A DNA stretch of 64,000 nt from Clostridia bacterium (GTDB lineage: Bacteria > Bacillota > Clostridia > Christensenellales > CAG-314), in contig JAFTHP010000014.1 of assembly GCA_017457305.1 (NCBI GenBank), positions 17,066-81,065 of the forward strand, written 5' to 3'. Made by a program: the position numbers and the translations under genes. Each line of letters begins with the position of its first letter. The first letter of the stretch is position 1. This document shows positions 43,858 to 52,802 of the stretch, piece by piece. The notes beneath the pieces were generated by a model. The model made no database searches. It had not been told where the DNA came from and worked only from the letters and a program-made list of their open reading frames with translations.

Positions 43858-43891
43858 GGATAACAGGCTGTTGCTTTGTTATCCTTTTTTT
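43858..43891 (+). terminator. Terminator
   Basis: Stem GGATAACA/TGTTATCC followed by TTTTTTT. Confidence 0.75.
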
Positions 43892-43898
43892 GTCAAAA

Positions 43899-43961
43899 AA
43901 CTGCATTTTTGCCACAAATACTGCATTTGGCGGTCATTAAACTGCACAAAATGGCACAAAT
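43899..43961 (+). repeat. Three direct ~21-bp repeats upstream of the MFS promoter (candidate regulator binding sites)
   Basis: ACTGCATTTTTGCCACAAAT / ACTGCATTTGGCGGTCATTAA / ACTGCACAAAATGGCACAAAT, with ACTGCA at 43900, 43920 and 43941. Confidence 0.6.
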
Positions 43962-43973
43962 TCCAACATACTG

Positions 43974-44002
43974 TTTACTTTTTGTTTTTTTTTAGGTATA
44001 AT
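43974..44002 (+). promoter_or_regulatory. Promoter of the MFS gene
   Basis: TTTACT-N17-TATAAT. Confidence 0.5.
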
Positions 44003-44054
44003 TACAATTGCGGTTGCAAAGCAACCGACATCCAATCAACAAAGGACGTGTATT

Positions 44055-45782
44055 ATGAAACTCAACTACAAACGCACTCTTTTGGTGGGATTTGCATTTT
44101 TCTTAATCAGTGCCTTTTGGCAGGCATATGAAGCAATTGTTCCACTTATGCTAACAAACAAATTTGGGCTAAACCAAGGCGCAAGCGGTATCATCATGTC
44201 GCTTGATAACATTTTTGCATTATTTTTGCTTCCAATATTTGGTGCATTGTCCGACAAAAAGGACACACGATTTGGCAAGCGCACACCTTTTATCGTTATG
44301 GGTGCAATAAGTGCAGTAATTTGCTTTATTGGTTTGACAGTTGTTGACAATGCTCAACTAAAGAAGATTGGCACTTCTCGCGATTACTTGTGGGAAAGCC
44401 AAATGTCAAAAACAGTTGAATACAAGGAAAATGACATTACAGACAAGACCTCCCCCAAGGGTATTGTTTTGAAGGATTATGCTGCTCGTTTGTACTTCAA
44501 CAAGGATTACAGTGACCTTTCCGCTGACGAACAAGCACAACTAAAAGCGTGGTTTGTGGACGAAGACAAACTCAATTACGACACCGTTTACACCTACAAT
44601 CGTCTAACAGAAACATACAAACTGTATCAAAAGACAGAAAAAGGCGACATTGTGGATATGGATGGCAACATCAAAACAGACAAAGCCCGCACCTACAACG
44701 CATACGTAAGTATCGTTAGTAGCGCAAAGAGCCTTTACTCAAATAGCATCACACAACAAAACATTTTTGTGTTGGTATTGTTTATCGTGTTGCTTTTGGC
44801 TGTACTTATTTCTATGGCAACTTTCCGTTCTCCAGCGGTAGCATTGATGCCAGACGTTACCGTTAAACCACTTCGTAGCAAGGCAAACGCAATCATCAAC
44901 TTGATGGGTACCGCAGGTGGAATCTTGGTGTTGCTACTTGGTATGATTTTTGGCACAGGCAAGGTTGTAAACCAACAAATGAGCTACACCTACTACGTTA
45001 TCGCAGTTTGCGGAATCATGATAACAGCACTTGTTATCTTCATGATGACCGTAAAGGAAAAGCGTTGGAACAAGGAAATGCTCGAGCAACAAGCTATCTT
45101 AGACGAACAAGAAGAGCAACAAGAAGCTGCTCCAGCAGAAGTAGTAGCTCCAACCACCGAAAAGCTCCCCAAAGACAAACTTCGCTCACTACTGTTTATC
45201 TTGGCAAGCGTTGCATTGTGGTTTATCGGCTACAACGCAGTAACAAGTAAGTACAGCGTGTACGCAGTAAACGTTTTGGACAAGGACTACAACACAACTT
45301 TGCTAATTGCACAAGCAGCAGCAGTTGTTGCATACATTCCAGTTGGTATTGTTGCAAGTAAACTTGGCCGCAAAAAGACCATTTTGGCAGGAATCATTAT
45401 GCTAACAACAGCATTTACTGGTGCAATATTCATCGACAGTTCTTCTCCATCTTGGTTGATTTCCGTATTGTTTGCTTTGGCAGGCGTTGCTTGGGCAACA
45501 ATTAACGTAAACAGCTTCCCAATGGTTGTAGAACTAGCAAAGGGTAGCAACACAGGTAAGTACACTGGTTACTACTACACGGCAAGTATGTCTGCTCAAA
45601 TTGTTACACCTATTTTGTCCGGTTACCTAATGACAGGTCTTGGAACGATGAAGATTTTGTTCCCATACGCGGCAATTTTCGTAGCTTTGTCCTTTGTAAC
45701 AATGCTATTTGTAAAGCACGGTGACAGCCGTCCTGAACAAGTAAAAGACAAAATGGAATTGCTTGCTGGCGCAGATGACTAG
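44055..45782 (+). CDS. MFS transporter of the GPH/SLC45-like type with a large hydrophilic loop insertion
   Basis: 575 aa. The SDKKDTRFGKRTPFIVMG motif is of the D-x-x-x-R-x-G-R/K-R type. A ~135-aa hydrophilic insert follows the third TM. Confidence 0.7.
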   Translation: MKLNYKRTLLVGFAFFLISAFWQAYEAIVPLMLTNKFGLNQGASGIIMSLDNIFALFLLPIFGALSDKKDTRFGKRTPFIVMGAISAVICFIGLTVVDNAQLKKIGTSRDYLWESQMSKTVEYKENDITDKTSPKGIVLKDYAARLYFNKDYSDLSADEQAQLKAWFVDEDKLNYDTVYTYNRLTETYKLYQKTEKGDIVDMDGNIKTDKARTYNAYVSIVSSAKSLYSNSITQQNIFVLVLFIVLLLAVLISMATFRSPAVALMPDVTVKPLRSKANAIINLMGTAGGILVLLLGMIFGTGKVVNQQMSYTYYVIAVCGIMITALVIFMMTVKEKRWNKEMLEQQAILDEQEEQQEAAPAEVVAPTTEKLPKDKLRSLLFILASVALWFIGYNAVTSKYSVYAVNVLDKDYNTTLLIAQAAAVVAYIPVGIVASKLGRKKTILAGIIMLTTAFTGAIFIDSSSPSWLISVLFALAGVAWATINVNSFPMVVELAKGSNTGKYTGYYYTASMSAQIVTPILSGYLMTGLGTMKILFPYAAIFVALSFVTMLFVKHGDSRPEQVKDKMELLAGADD

Positions 45783-45808
45783 CATTTAGATTAACTTAAT
45801 AAATCAAA

Positions 45809-45842
45809 ATACCACTACACATTGCGGTAGTGGTATTTTTTT
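45809..45842 (+). terminator. Terminator
   Basis: 10-bp stem ATACCACTAC/GTAGTGGTAT followed by TTTTTTT. Confidence 0.8.
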
Positions 45843-45996
45843 GCGCACAAATGCGTCAACTACCGCCAAAAAGACAGCGTATATGCCAACATCTGCCGCC
45901 ATTTTTGTTCGTATATTATACAAGACACCCCACATTGTTTGTGGTATGTAGCGATGTAGTTTTATAAAAAAAACTTGCATAAAGGAGCAAATTTTT

Positions 45997-47070
45997 ATGA
46001 AGAAAAAGGTTGTAGTTAACATCGGTTTTTGGCTGCTGGTGGCAATAATGGGTGGATGCATTGCCGTTGTTTTGTGGGCGTGGCCCTTTATGCCCAACAA
46101 GCCAGCGGAGCAACAGTCGGCGCATTACACAGGGGTACTGGAGCTGTGGAACGTGGAAAGCTTCGAGGGTGGCAGTGGCAGTAGATCCAGTTGGCTTACC
46201 AGCGTTGCAAGCAAATTTGAGCAACAAAATAAGGGGCTTTTTGTTCACGTGACCAACCTGACGGTAGAGCAAATGCAACAAAAGCTAGCGGATGGTCAAA
46301 GCTATGACCTAATCAGTTTTTCTCGTGGAGTGGGTTGTTTGTTAACAGATTTGGCGGAGTTGAACACTTCCGTGGGGGATTTGCTACCCAACATGGTGGT
46401 GGCAGGGCAACAAGGAGGAAAGCAATATGCCATACCCTACTACGCGGGAGCATACTGTCTTTTTGCTAGAAGCAATCAGCTTGCGCAAGACGAGTTGCTA
46501 GAAAACGCACTTACAGCAACGTATCTACGCAAGGTAGGGAAAAATCAAATTGTGTTGCAACCATTACTGTGTGGTTTTACTCCATACAACAGCCCTTTGT
46601 CTGCGTTGGCAATGAGTGTTGCAAAGGGGAGCGCAAACGTAAAGCAAAACACACAGTACAGTGCATACGAACTATTCTTGGGTAACAAAACGGCGGTAAC
46701 ACTACTAGGCACACAGCGAGATATCTATCGACTTAGCAAAAGGGTGGAAATGGACAAAATAGAACCGCTTTCATTTTGTGCATTGGGCGGATACACCGAT
46801 TTGGTGCAGTTTGTGGCGGTAAGCAAAAATGTTGCAGAAAAGATGCAAAGTTGTCAAGAGTTTGTTCAATACCTAGTGGACAAGACAACCCAACAAAGGC
46901 TAGTTGACATCAATATGTTTAGCGTAAGGGGAGACGTTAGCTTGTACACGGCAGATTGGTACAAGGATTGCGAGCAACTGCTAGCTAACAGCTACGTGCC
47001 AAACGTTTTTGCAACGATGGAAGATATTGAAAATGGCAGAAAAACCGCCATTTCTACAATGAGGATGTAG
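45997..47070 (+). CDS. Membrane-anchored protein resembling a periplasmic solute-binding protein
   Basis: 357 aa. N-terminal TM anchor, then a segment (LELWNVESFEGG...EQMQQKLADGQSYDLISF) resembling type-2 binding-protein folds. Assignment is weak. Confidence 0.4.
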   Translation: MKKKVVVNIGFWLLVAIMGGCIAVVLWAWPFMPNKPAEQQSAHYTGVLELWNVESFEGGSGSRSSWLTSVASKFEQQNKGLFVHVTNLTVEQMQQKLADGQSYDLISFSRGVGCLLTDLAELNTSVGDLLPNMVVAGQQGGKQYAIPYYAGAYCLFARSNQLAQDELLENALTATYLRKVGKNQIVLQPLLCGFTPYNSPLSALAMSVAKGSANVKQNTQYSAYELFLGNKTAVTLLGTQRDIYRLSKRVEMDKIEPLSFCALGGYTDLVQFVAVSKNVAEKMQSCQEFVQYLVDKTTQQRLVDINMFSVRGDVSLYTADWYKDCEQLLANSYVPNVFATMEDIENGRKTAISTMRM

Positions 47071-47071
47071 T

Positions 47072-48031
47072 ATGACAAGTCGTTGGGATAAGTTCCTTTC
47101 AAAAATGAAAAAATATAGTGTAGAAATGGAAGAAAATATGTCCTTTTCTTCATTGACAACACTTGGTTGTGGCGGTAAAATAAAGGTCACACTTTTCCCA
47201 ACCAGCATCCAGCAGCTTGTGTTGTGCTTGAAGTTTACTAAAAAGTATCACATCGAAAGGGTGGTTTTGGGCGCTGGTAGCAACGTTTTGGCTGGAGATA
47301 GCTTTTTCGATGGAGCAGTTATTGTAACAAAAAAGTTGAACGGGCTGACGTTACAAGGAACAACTGCGGTGGCAGAGTGCGGTGTGTCTACTCCTTACCT
47401 GTTTTGTAAGCTTGCGGAAAAAGGGTTAACTGGTGGAGAGTTTTTGTCTTGCTTGCCAGCAACAATTGGTGGAGCAACGGTGTGCAATGCCGGTTGTTTT
47501 GGTCAAAGCATGCAACAAATTGTGAGCTCTGTAACCGTGTGGCAAAATGGTAAAATGCGCACTTTAAATGTACAACAATGCAAGTTTAACAAGCGCAGTA
47601 GTGCATTTAAGAATACAAATAGCGTTGTGTTGCGCGTCAAGTTGCAGTTGCATCAATCAACCAGTGAGTTGGTAAATCAACTGGCAAACCAATTTCGCAC
47701 GCAAAAAAGACAAACTCAGCCATTGGGGGCAAAGTCAGCCGGGTGTGTGTTTTTCCATCCAACAGTAGCAGTTTCGGCACTCATTGATAAGGCAGGACTC
47801 AAGGGCTACAGGGTGGGAGATGCAAAAATTTCTCAAAAACACGCAGGTTTTGTAATAAATATTGACAAAGCGGTGGCAAAAGATATATACTTATTAATAG
47901 TGCAAATTATAAATATATTAACAAACAACTTTGGTGTGCAACCACAGCTGGAGATTTGTTTGGTTAATATCACAAAGGAACAAGATGACATTTTCGCAAC
48001 AAGTAAAGGGAGAAATACTCAAATCAGTTAG
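47072..48031 (+). CDS. murB: UDP-N-acetylenolpyruvoylglucosamine reductase
   Basis: 319 aa. FAD-binding N-domain (TTLGCGGK, LGAGSNVL) and C-terminal GSVFKNP-like segment (SAGCVFFHP). Confidence 0.85.
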   Translation: MTSRWDKFLSKMKKYSVEMEENMSFSSLTTLGCGGKIKVTLFPTSIQQLVLCLKFTKKYHIERVVLGAGSNVLAGDSFFDGAVIVTKKLNGLTLQGTTAVAECGVSTPYLFCKLAEKGLTGGEFLSCLPATIGGATVCNAGCFGQSMQQIVSSVTVWQNGKMRTLNVQQCKFNKRSSAFKNTNSVVLRVKLQLHQSTSELVNQLANQFRTQKRQTQPLGAKSAGCVFFHPTVAVSALIDKAGLKGYRVGDAKISQKHAGFVINIDKAVAKDIYLLIVQIINILTNNFGVQPQLEICLVNITKEQDDIFATSKGRNTQIS

Positions 48032-48929
48032 AAATATCAAGGGGTGCTGTGCCACCTCCATTTTGACTGCTGTTTTGAAGGCAAGTGGTTCGCTATCCCT
48101 AGGTTTTAGGGGATATTGCTTTGCTATTGAAAGTGAAAATCCCGAATTTTTGTCCTTTGTGGAGCAAATTGCCAAAAATGAACTGGGCGTTAGCAGTCAT
48201 ATTAGCAGTTCCAACGTTAATGCCAAGGGAGTTGCCGTGTACAGCTGTGAGCTAGAGGGAAACGTAGGCAACTTGCTGGGATTGACATACAGGGATAGCG
48301 AAGGTATTTTGCAATTCAACCAAGATGCATACAGTCTTATTCCAACCAAGCCTTGTTGTATGCGTGCCTTTATGCAAGGATTGTTTGTTGTTTGCGGATC
48401 GGTGGTAATTCCACTAGGAGATACCGATTTTAGCGAGGCAAGGAGTAGGGGCAAGTACCACTTGGAACTTCGTGTTTCTGAAGATTTTGCTAAAGCCCTG
48501 GCAGATAGATACAACTTTTTGCAGTTTAGACAAACTTCTCGCAAAACACATTGCATTTTGTACCTAAAAGATTCCGAAAAAATAGCTGACTTTTTGGTAT
48601 ACGTCAATGCAACGGCTAGCAAATTGAAGCTGGAAAACGTAATTATTGGTCGCAGTATTCGCAACACAGCCAACAGACAAAGCAACTGTATTGCCCACAA
48701 TATCGACAAGAGCGTCCACGCAAGTAACAAGCAAATTGAAGCAATAACACATCTGCAAAACATTGGCGCATTGTCTAGCCTTCCACAAGCATTGCAAGAT
48801 ATTGCCAAGTTACGTGTGGAATACCCCGAAGCCAACCTGGAGGAGCTTGCCGCAAAGCTGGGAATTTCCAAGAGCGGCGCAAACCATCGTTTGGCTAAAT
48901 TAGTAGAAATTGCAAAGGACAAGCAGTAG
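47985..48929 (+). CDS. whiA: DNA-binding protein WhiA
   Basis: ORF trimmed to MTFSQQVKGEIL. Degenerate LAGLIDADG region plus C-terminal HTH (LEELAAKLGISKSGANHRLAKL). It overlaps the murB 3' end by 47 nt. Confidence 0.85.
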   Translation: MTFSQQVKGEILKSVRNIKGCCATSILTAVLKASGSLSLGFRGYCFAIESENPEFLSFVEQIAKNELGVSSHISSSNVNAKGVAVYSCELEGNVGNLLGLTYRDSEGILQFNQDAYSLIPTKPCCMRAFMQGLFVVCGSVVIPLGDTDFSEARSRGKYHLELRVSEDFAKALADRYNFLQFRQTSRKTHCILYLKDSEKIADFLVYVNATASKLKLENVIIGRSIRNTANRQSNCIAHNIDKSVHASNKQIEAITHLQNIGALSSLPQALQDIAKLRVEYPEANLEELAAKLGISKSGANHRLAKLVEIAKDKQ

Positions 48930-48953
48930 CTTGTATCACAAGGAGTTTTACCA

Positions 48954-51900
48954 ATGAAACAGTTTGTACACCTACATGTGCACACCGAATATAGTCTTTT
49001 GGACGGAGCAACTCGCATCGACGAAATGGTAAAAAGATGCAAGGAGCTAGATATGCCTGCTGTGGCGGTAACGGACCACGGCAATATGTACTGCGCCTGG
49101 AAGTTTCTTAACGCCGCAAAAAAGGTGGGTATCAAACCCATTATTGGTTGCGAGTTTTATATGTGTGAAAACATGGCAAACACAGGCTACGACAACAAGG
49201 AATACTTCCACTTGGTGCTACTAGCAAAAAACAACGTTGGCTACTACAATCTGTGCAGGCTCAACTCCATTGCCTTTGTAGAAGGGTTCTACTATAAGCC
49301 ACGTATTGATTTTGAAACACTCAAAAAGTATTCCGAAGGTCTAGTTTGTCTTTCCGCTTGTATTGCAGGTCAGTTGCCACGCTTGTTCATGGCAGATAGG
49401 CCAGACGAAGCCCGCAAATTGGCGCTAGAATACAAGGCGCTATTTGGCGAAGACTACTACATTGAAATTCAACGTCACGGAATCGAAGACGAAGATGCCG
49501 TTATGCCACAACTTGTACAACTAGCGCGCGAATTGGATATCAAGCTAGTTGTCACCAACGACGTACACTACCTAAATCGTGAAGACGCCGAAATTCAAGA
49601 TATTATGATGTGCGTTCAAATGGGCAAATTCTACGATGACACCGATCGTATGAAGTTCCAAGGAGAAGAGTTCTATCTCAAAAACTACGACGAAATGGCG
49701 GCATTGTTCCCCAACCTGCCAGATGCAATGGAAACAACGCTAGAAATTGCCGACAAATGCAACGTTGACTTTGGCAGAGAAAAACTGTTGCCGTTGTATT
49801 CTCCACCAGATAATATGTCTTCCCCAGAGTATCTTAGATATCTTTTGGAAGAAGGCCTAAAAAAGAAGTACCCTGTAGTTACCCAAGAAATCCGCGAACG
49901 TGTAGAATACGAATACAGCGTAATTTGCAACATGGGCTTTGTGGATTACTACCTTATCGTTTGGGACTTTATTAACTATGCAAAAACAAATGGTATTCCA
50001 GTTGGTCCAGGCCGTGGTAGCGGTGCGGGCAGTGTAATTGCCTACCTAATTGGTATTACCGAAGTTGAACCATTTAGATACAACCTTATGTTCGAACGTT
50101 TCCTAAACCCCGAACGTAAGTCCATGCCCGACTTCGACGTTGACTTTTGTATGGACCGCCGTGGGGAAGTTATCGACTACGTTCACAGAAAGTACGGTAA
50201 TGACAACGTTTGTCAAATTGTAACCTTTGGTACAATGGCTGCAAAAAATGCTATTCGCGACGTTGCTCGTGTGTTGCGTTTTCCCGTTAGCGAATCTAAC
50301 CGCCTTGCAAAGATGGTGCCAGATAACTTCAAGTACACCTTGCGCCATTTACTAGGGGAAGTTCCCTATAAAAAGCCAGAAGACACCTACATTTCTGAAG
50401 AACTCAAGCAAGCATATGCCGATCCTCGCACGCACAAGCTCATTGACATTGCTAAGCGTTTGGAAGGCTCTCCTCGTCAAACGGGTATGCACGCAGCGGG
50501 CGTTGTTATCTGTCGTGAAAAGGTTGCCGACCACGTTCCACTACAAACAAACGGTGGTTCGCTGGCTAAAGGCGGTATTGTAACCACACAGTACAACATG
50601 GTCGAGGTAGAGGAACTTGGTTTGCTCAAGATGGACTTTTTGGGACTAAGAACGCTTACCGACATCAAAAAAGCTATTGACTACGTATACGAAAACCACG
50701 GTGTTCGTGTAGACTTTTCTCAAGACGACTACAACGACCAAGGCACCTTTAAGCTAATCAGCTCTGGCGATACAATGTGCATATTCCAGCTAGAAAGTGG
50801 CGGTATGTGCGACCTTATGTCCCGCATGAAGCCAACTGGCTTGGAAGAAATTATTGCGGGTATCAGCTTGTACCGTCCCGGTCCAATGCAGTACATTGGC
50901 ACATACATCGAGTGTAAGTTCGACAAATCCAAGATTCACTACTTGCACCCATCAATGGAGTCCATTTTGGACGTTACTAACGGCTGTATCGTTTACCAAG
51001 AGCAAGTTATGCAACTGGTTAAAAAGCTAGCAGGTTTCTCTACAGCTCTAGCGGATAACGTTAGATACGCCATGTCCAAAAAGAAAACTCAAATGATGGA
51101 GGACTTGGGCAAGTTGTTCGTTTACGGTGGAACTTGGACCAACGGCGAAACAGTTCCCGGTTGCGTAAAAAATGGTATTCCCGAAAACATCGCTTTGGAA
51201 ATATACAAGCAACTAAACGACTTCTCGCAATACGCATTTAACAAATCTCACGCAACTTGCTATGCTTACGTAACCTATCAAACTGCGTGGCTCAAGAACT
51301 ACTACCCAGTAGAGTTTATTTGTGCATTGCTTAACAACCGTATCAACGATATTGCTCAAATCAAAAAATATATGGAATATGCCAAGTCACAGGGAATATC
51401 CGTGTTGCCACCTTGCATCAACAAGAGTCGTGATGAGTTCCGTGTGGAAAATGGTGCTATTCGATTTGGATTGGGCGGAATCCGCAACATTGGCGTTGGT
51501 ATCGTTAAGCAAATTGTTGACGAACGCCAAGCACACGGCGAGTTTACAGATATGTCCGATTTCTTTGAAAGATGTTCGGCATTTTTGAACAAGCGTATGG
51601 TAGAAAACCTAATCAAGGGTGGCGCTTTTGACTGCTTCAACCGCACTCGTAACGATATGCTCAAGCACTACGTGGAAGAGTTGAACGACGTGCTAGAACG
51701 CAACAAAATGCACGAAACTGGTCAAATGTCCATCTTTGATATGCTTCCAGAGCTAAAAACAAGTAGTGTAACCAATCGCGTTCAGGAAAAGGAACTTCCC
51801 AAGCAGGTGCTGTACACCTACGAAAACGAAGTGCTGGGATTGTATATGACTGGTTCTCCATTGGATGAGTACGACGAAATAAGCCGAAAGTTCCGCTTTG

Positions 51901-52487
51901 ACTTTAGCACCAAGGAAACAACGCCATATCCTTCCGACGACAACTCCGAAGAAATGATAACCCCAGTTGTCAATAAGCGCTTTGTAACCACGGGCGGTAT
52001 TTTGCGAGATATCCGCGTGGTAGTGGGCAAGGACAACAATCGTATGGCTTTTGGTGTGTTGGAAGACAAGTTTGGCACCATCGAAGTGGCTTTGTATGCG
52101 CAAGGCTACGAAAAGTTCAAAAACCTGTTTGCCGCCGACGCTTTTGTGGTAATCAAGGGTAGTTTGGGCGAATCTCGTGAAGGATACAAAATTACTATTC
52201 GCGAAATCATTGCCCCAAAAACGGACAAAACTGAAGAGCAACAACAAGCATATCAACAGGAAGAAGTTAGAAATGTTATCTTGTGGCTCAAGATGGAAAA
52301 ACGCAACGACGAAACCTTCAATAGTGTAGTAGAGTTGTTGCAACAATACCCTGGCAACGTGCCTGTTCGTATCAAGATTGAAGGCAAAGCGCTAGCGCTA
52401 GAAAGTCAAGTACGCCAATGCAGCGGTTTGGAATACGAACTAGGTTTGCTACTGGGCGACAGCAACGTTATTTTCTTTGAAAAATAG
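48954..52487 (+). CDS. dnaE: DNA polymerase III alpha subunit
   Basis: 1177 aa. PHP domain FVHLHVHTEYSLLDG, polymerase core and OB-fold C-terminus. Confidence 0.95.
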   Translation: MKQFVHLHVHTEYSLLDGATRIDEMVKRCKELDMPAVAVTDHGNMYCAWKFLNAAKKVGIKPIIGCEFYMCENMANTGYDNKEYFHLVLLAKNNVGYYNLCRLNSIAFVEGFYYKPRIDFETLKKYSEGLVCLSACIAGQLPRLFMADRPDEARKLALEYKALFGEDYYIEIQRHGIEDEDAVMPQLVQLARELDIKLVVTNDVHYLNREDAEIQDIMMCVQMGKFYDDTDRMKFQGEEFYLKNYDEMAALFPNLPDAMETTLEIADKCNVDFGREKLLPLYSPPDNMSSPEYLRYLLEEGLKKKYPVVTQEIRERVEYEYSVICNMGFVDYYLIVWDFINYAKTNGIPVGPGRGSGAGSVIAYLIGITEVEPFRYNLMFERFLNPERKSMPDFDVDFCMDRRGEVIDYVHRKYGNDNVCQIVTFGTMAAKNAIRDVARVLRFPVSESNRLAKMVPDNFKYTLRHLLGEVPYKKPEDTYISEELKQAYADPRTHKLIDIAKRLEGSPRQTGMHAAGVVICREKVADHVPLQTNGGSLAKGGIVTTQYNMVEVEELGLLKMDFLGLRTLTDIKKAIDYVYENHGVRVDFSQDDYNDQGTFKLISSGDTMCIFQLESGGMCDLMSRMKPTGLEEIIAGISLYRPGPMQYIGTYIECKFDKSKIHYLHPSMESILDVTNGCIVYQEQVMQLVKKLAGFSTALADNVRYAMSKKKTQMMEDLGKLFVYGGTWTNGETVPGCVKNGIPENIALEIYKQLNDFSQYAFNKSHATCYAYVTYQTAWLKNYYPVEFICALLNNRINDIAQIKKYMEYAKSQGISVLPPCINKSRDEFRVENGAIRFGLGGIRNIGVGIVKQIVDERQAHGEFTDMSDFFERCSAFLNKRMVENLIKGGAFDCFNRTRNDMLKHYVEELNDVLERNKMHETGQMSIFDMLPELKTSSVTNRVQEKELPKQVLYTYENEVLGLYMTGSPLDEYDEISRKFRFDFSTKETTPYPSDDNSEEMITPVVNKRFVTTGGILRDIRVVVGKDNNRMAFGVLEDKFGTIEVALYAQGYEKFKNLFAADAFVVIKGSLGESREGYKITIREIIAPKTDKTEEQQQAYQQEEVRNVILWLKMEKRNDETFNSVVELLQQYPGNVPVRIKIEGKALALESQVRQCSGLEYELGLLLGDSNVIFFEK

Positions 52488-52555
52488 CATTTTCGTCGCA
52501 AATTTAGCAGTAGCCAAGGCAAAATCATAAGTAATTATCAACAAAATAATAAAAT

Positions 52556-52591
52556 GCCACCACAAAAACAACGTGGTGGTGTTTTGTTTTT
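52556..52591 (+). terminator. Terminator after dnaE
   Basis: Stem CCACCAC/GTGGTGG followed by GTTTTGTTTTT. Confidence 0.7.
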
Positions 52592-52802
52592 ACTGTAAAT
52601 ACATACATTTTTTTACAAAATGTTGGTTTGTTTTGGTTTGCATTAAGATTAAAGTAGTATATAATAAATACAATTAATAATATTTATCTATCGCCCTAGT
52701 TGTTGATTGCTTATAGTTCAATGAAAGTTGATTTATGCAATTATTTGGGATGCTAGGGGTTGCGGTGGTTGAGCTACTGCAACGAAAAAAGGAAGTAGAA
52801 TT

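Noticed and set aside
47985-48031. The 47-nt overlap between murB and whiA as a possible frameshift or programmed recoding site.
   Set aside because: Both frames are intact and both proteins are complete. The MurB tail beyond its conserved C-terminus is simply a short non-conserved extension, and no slippery sequence is evident.
48197-49141. A 314-aa ORF on the minus strand.
   Set aside because: It lies entirely antisense to whiA and the start of dnaE, both of which have unmistakable family motifs. The product is Leu/Ser/Cys/Ala-rich with no RBS or recognisable motif. This is a typical shadow ORF.
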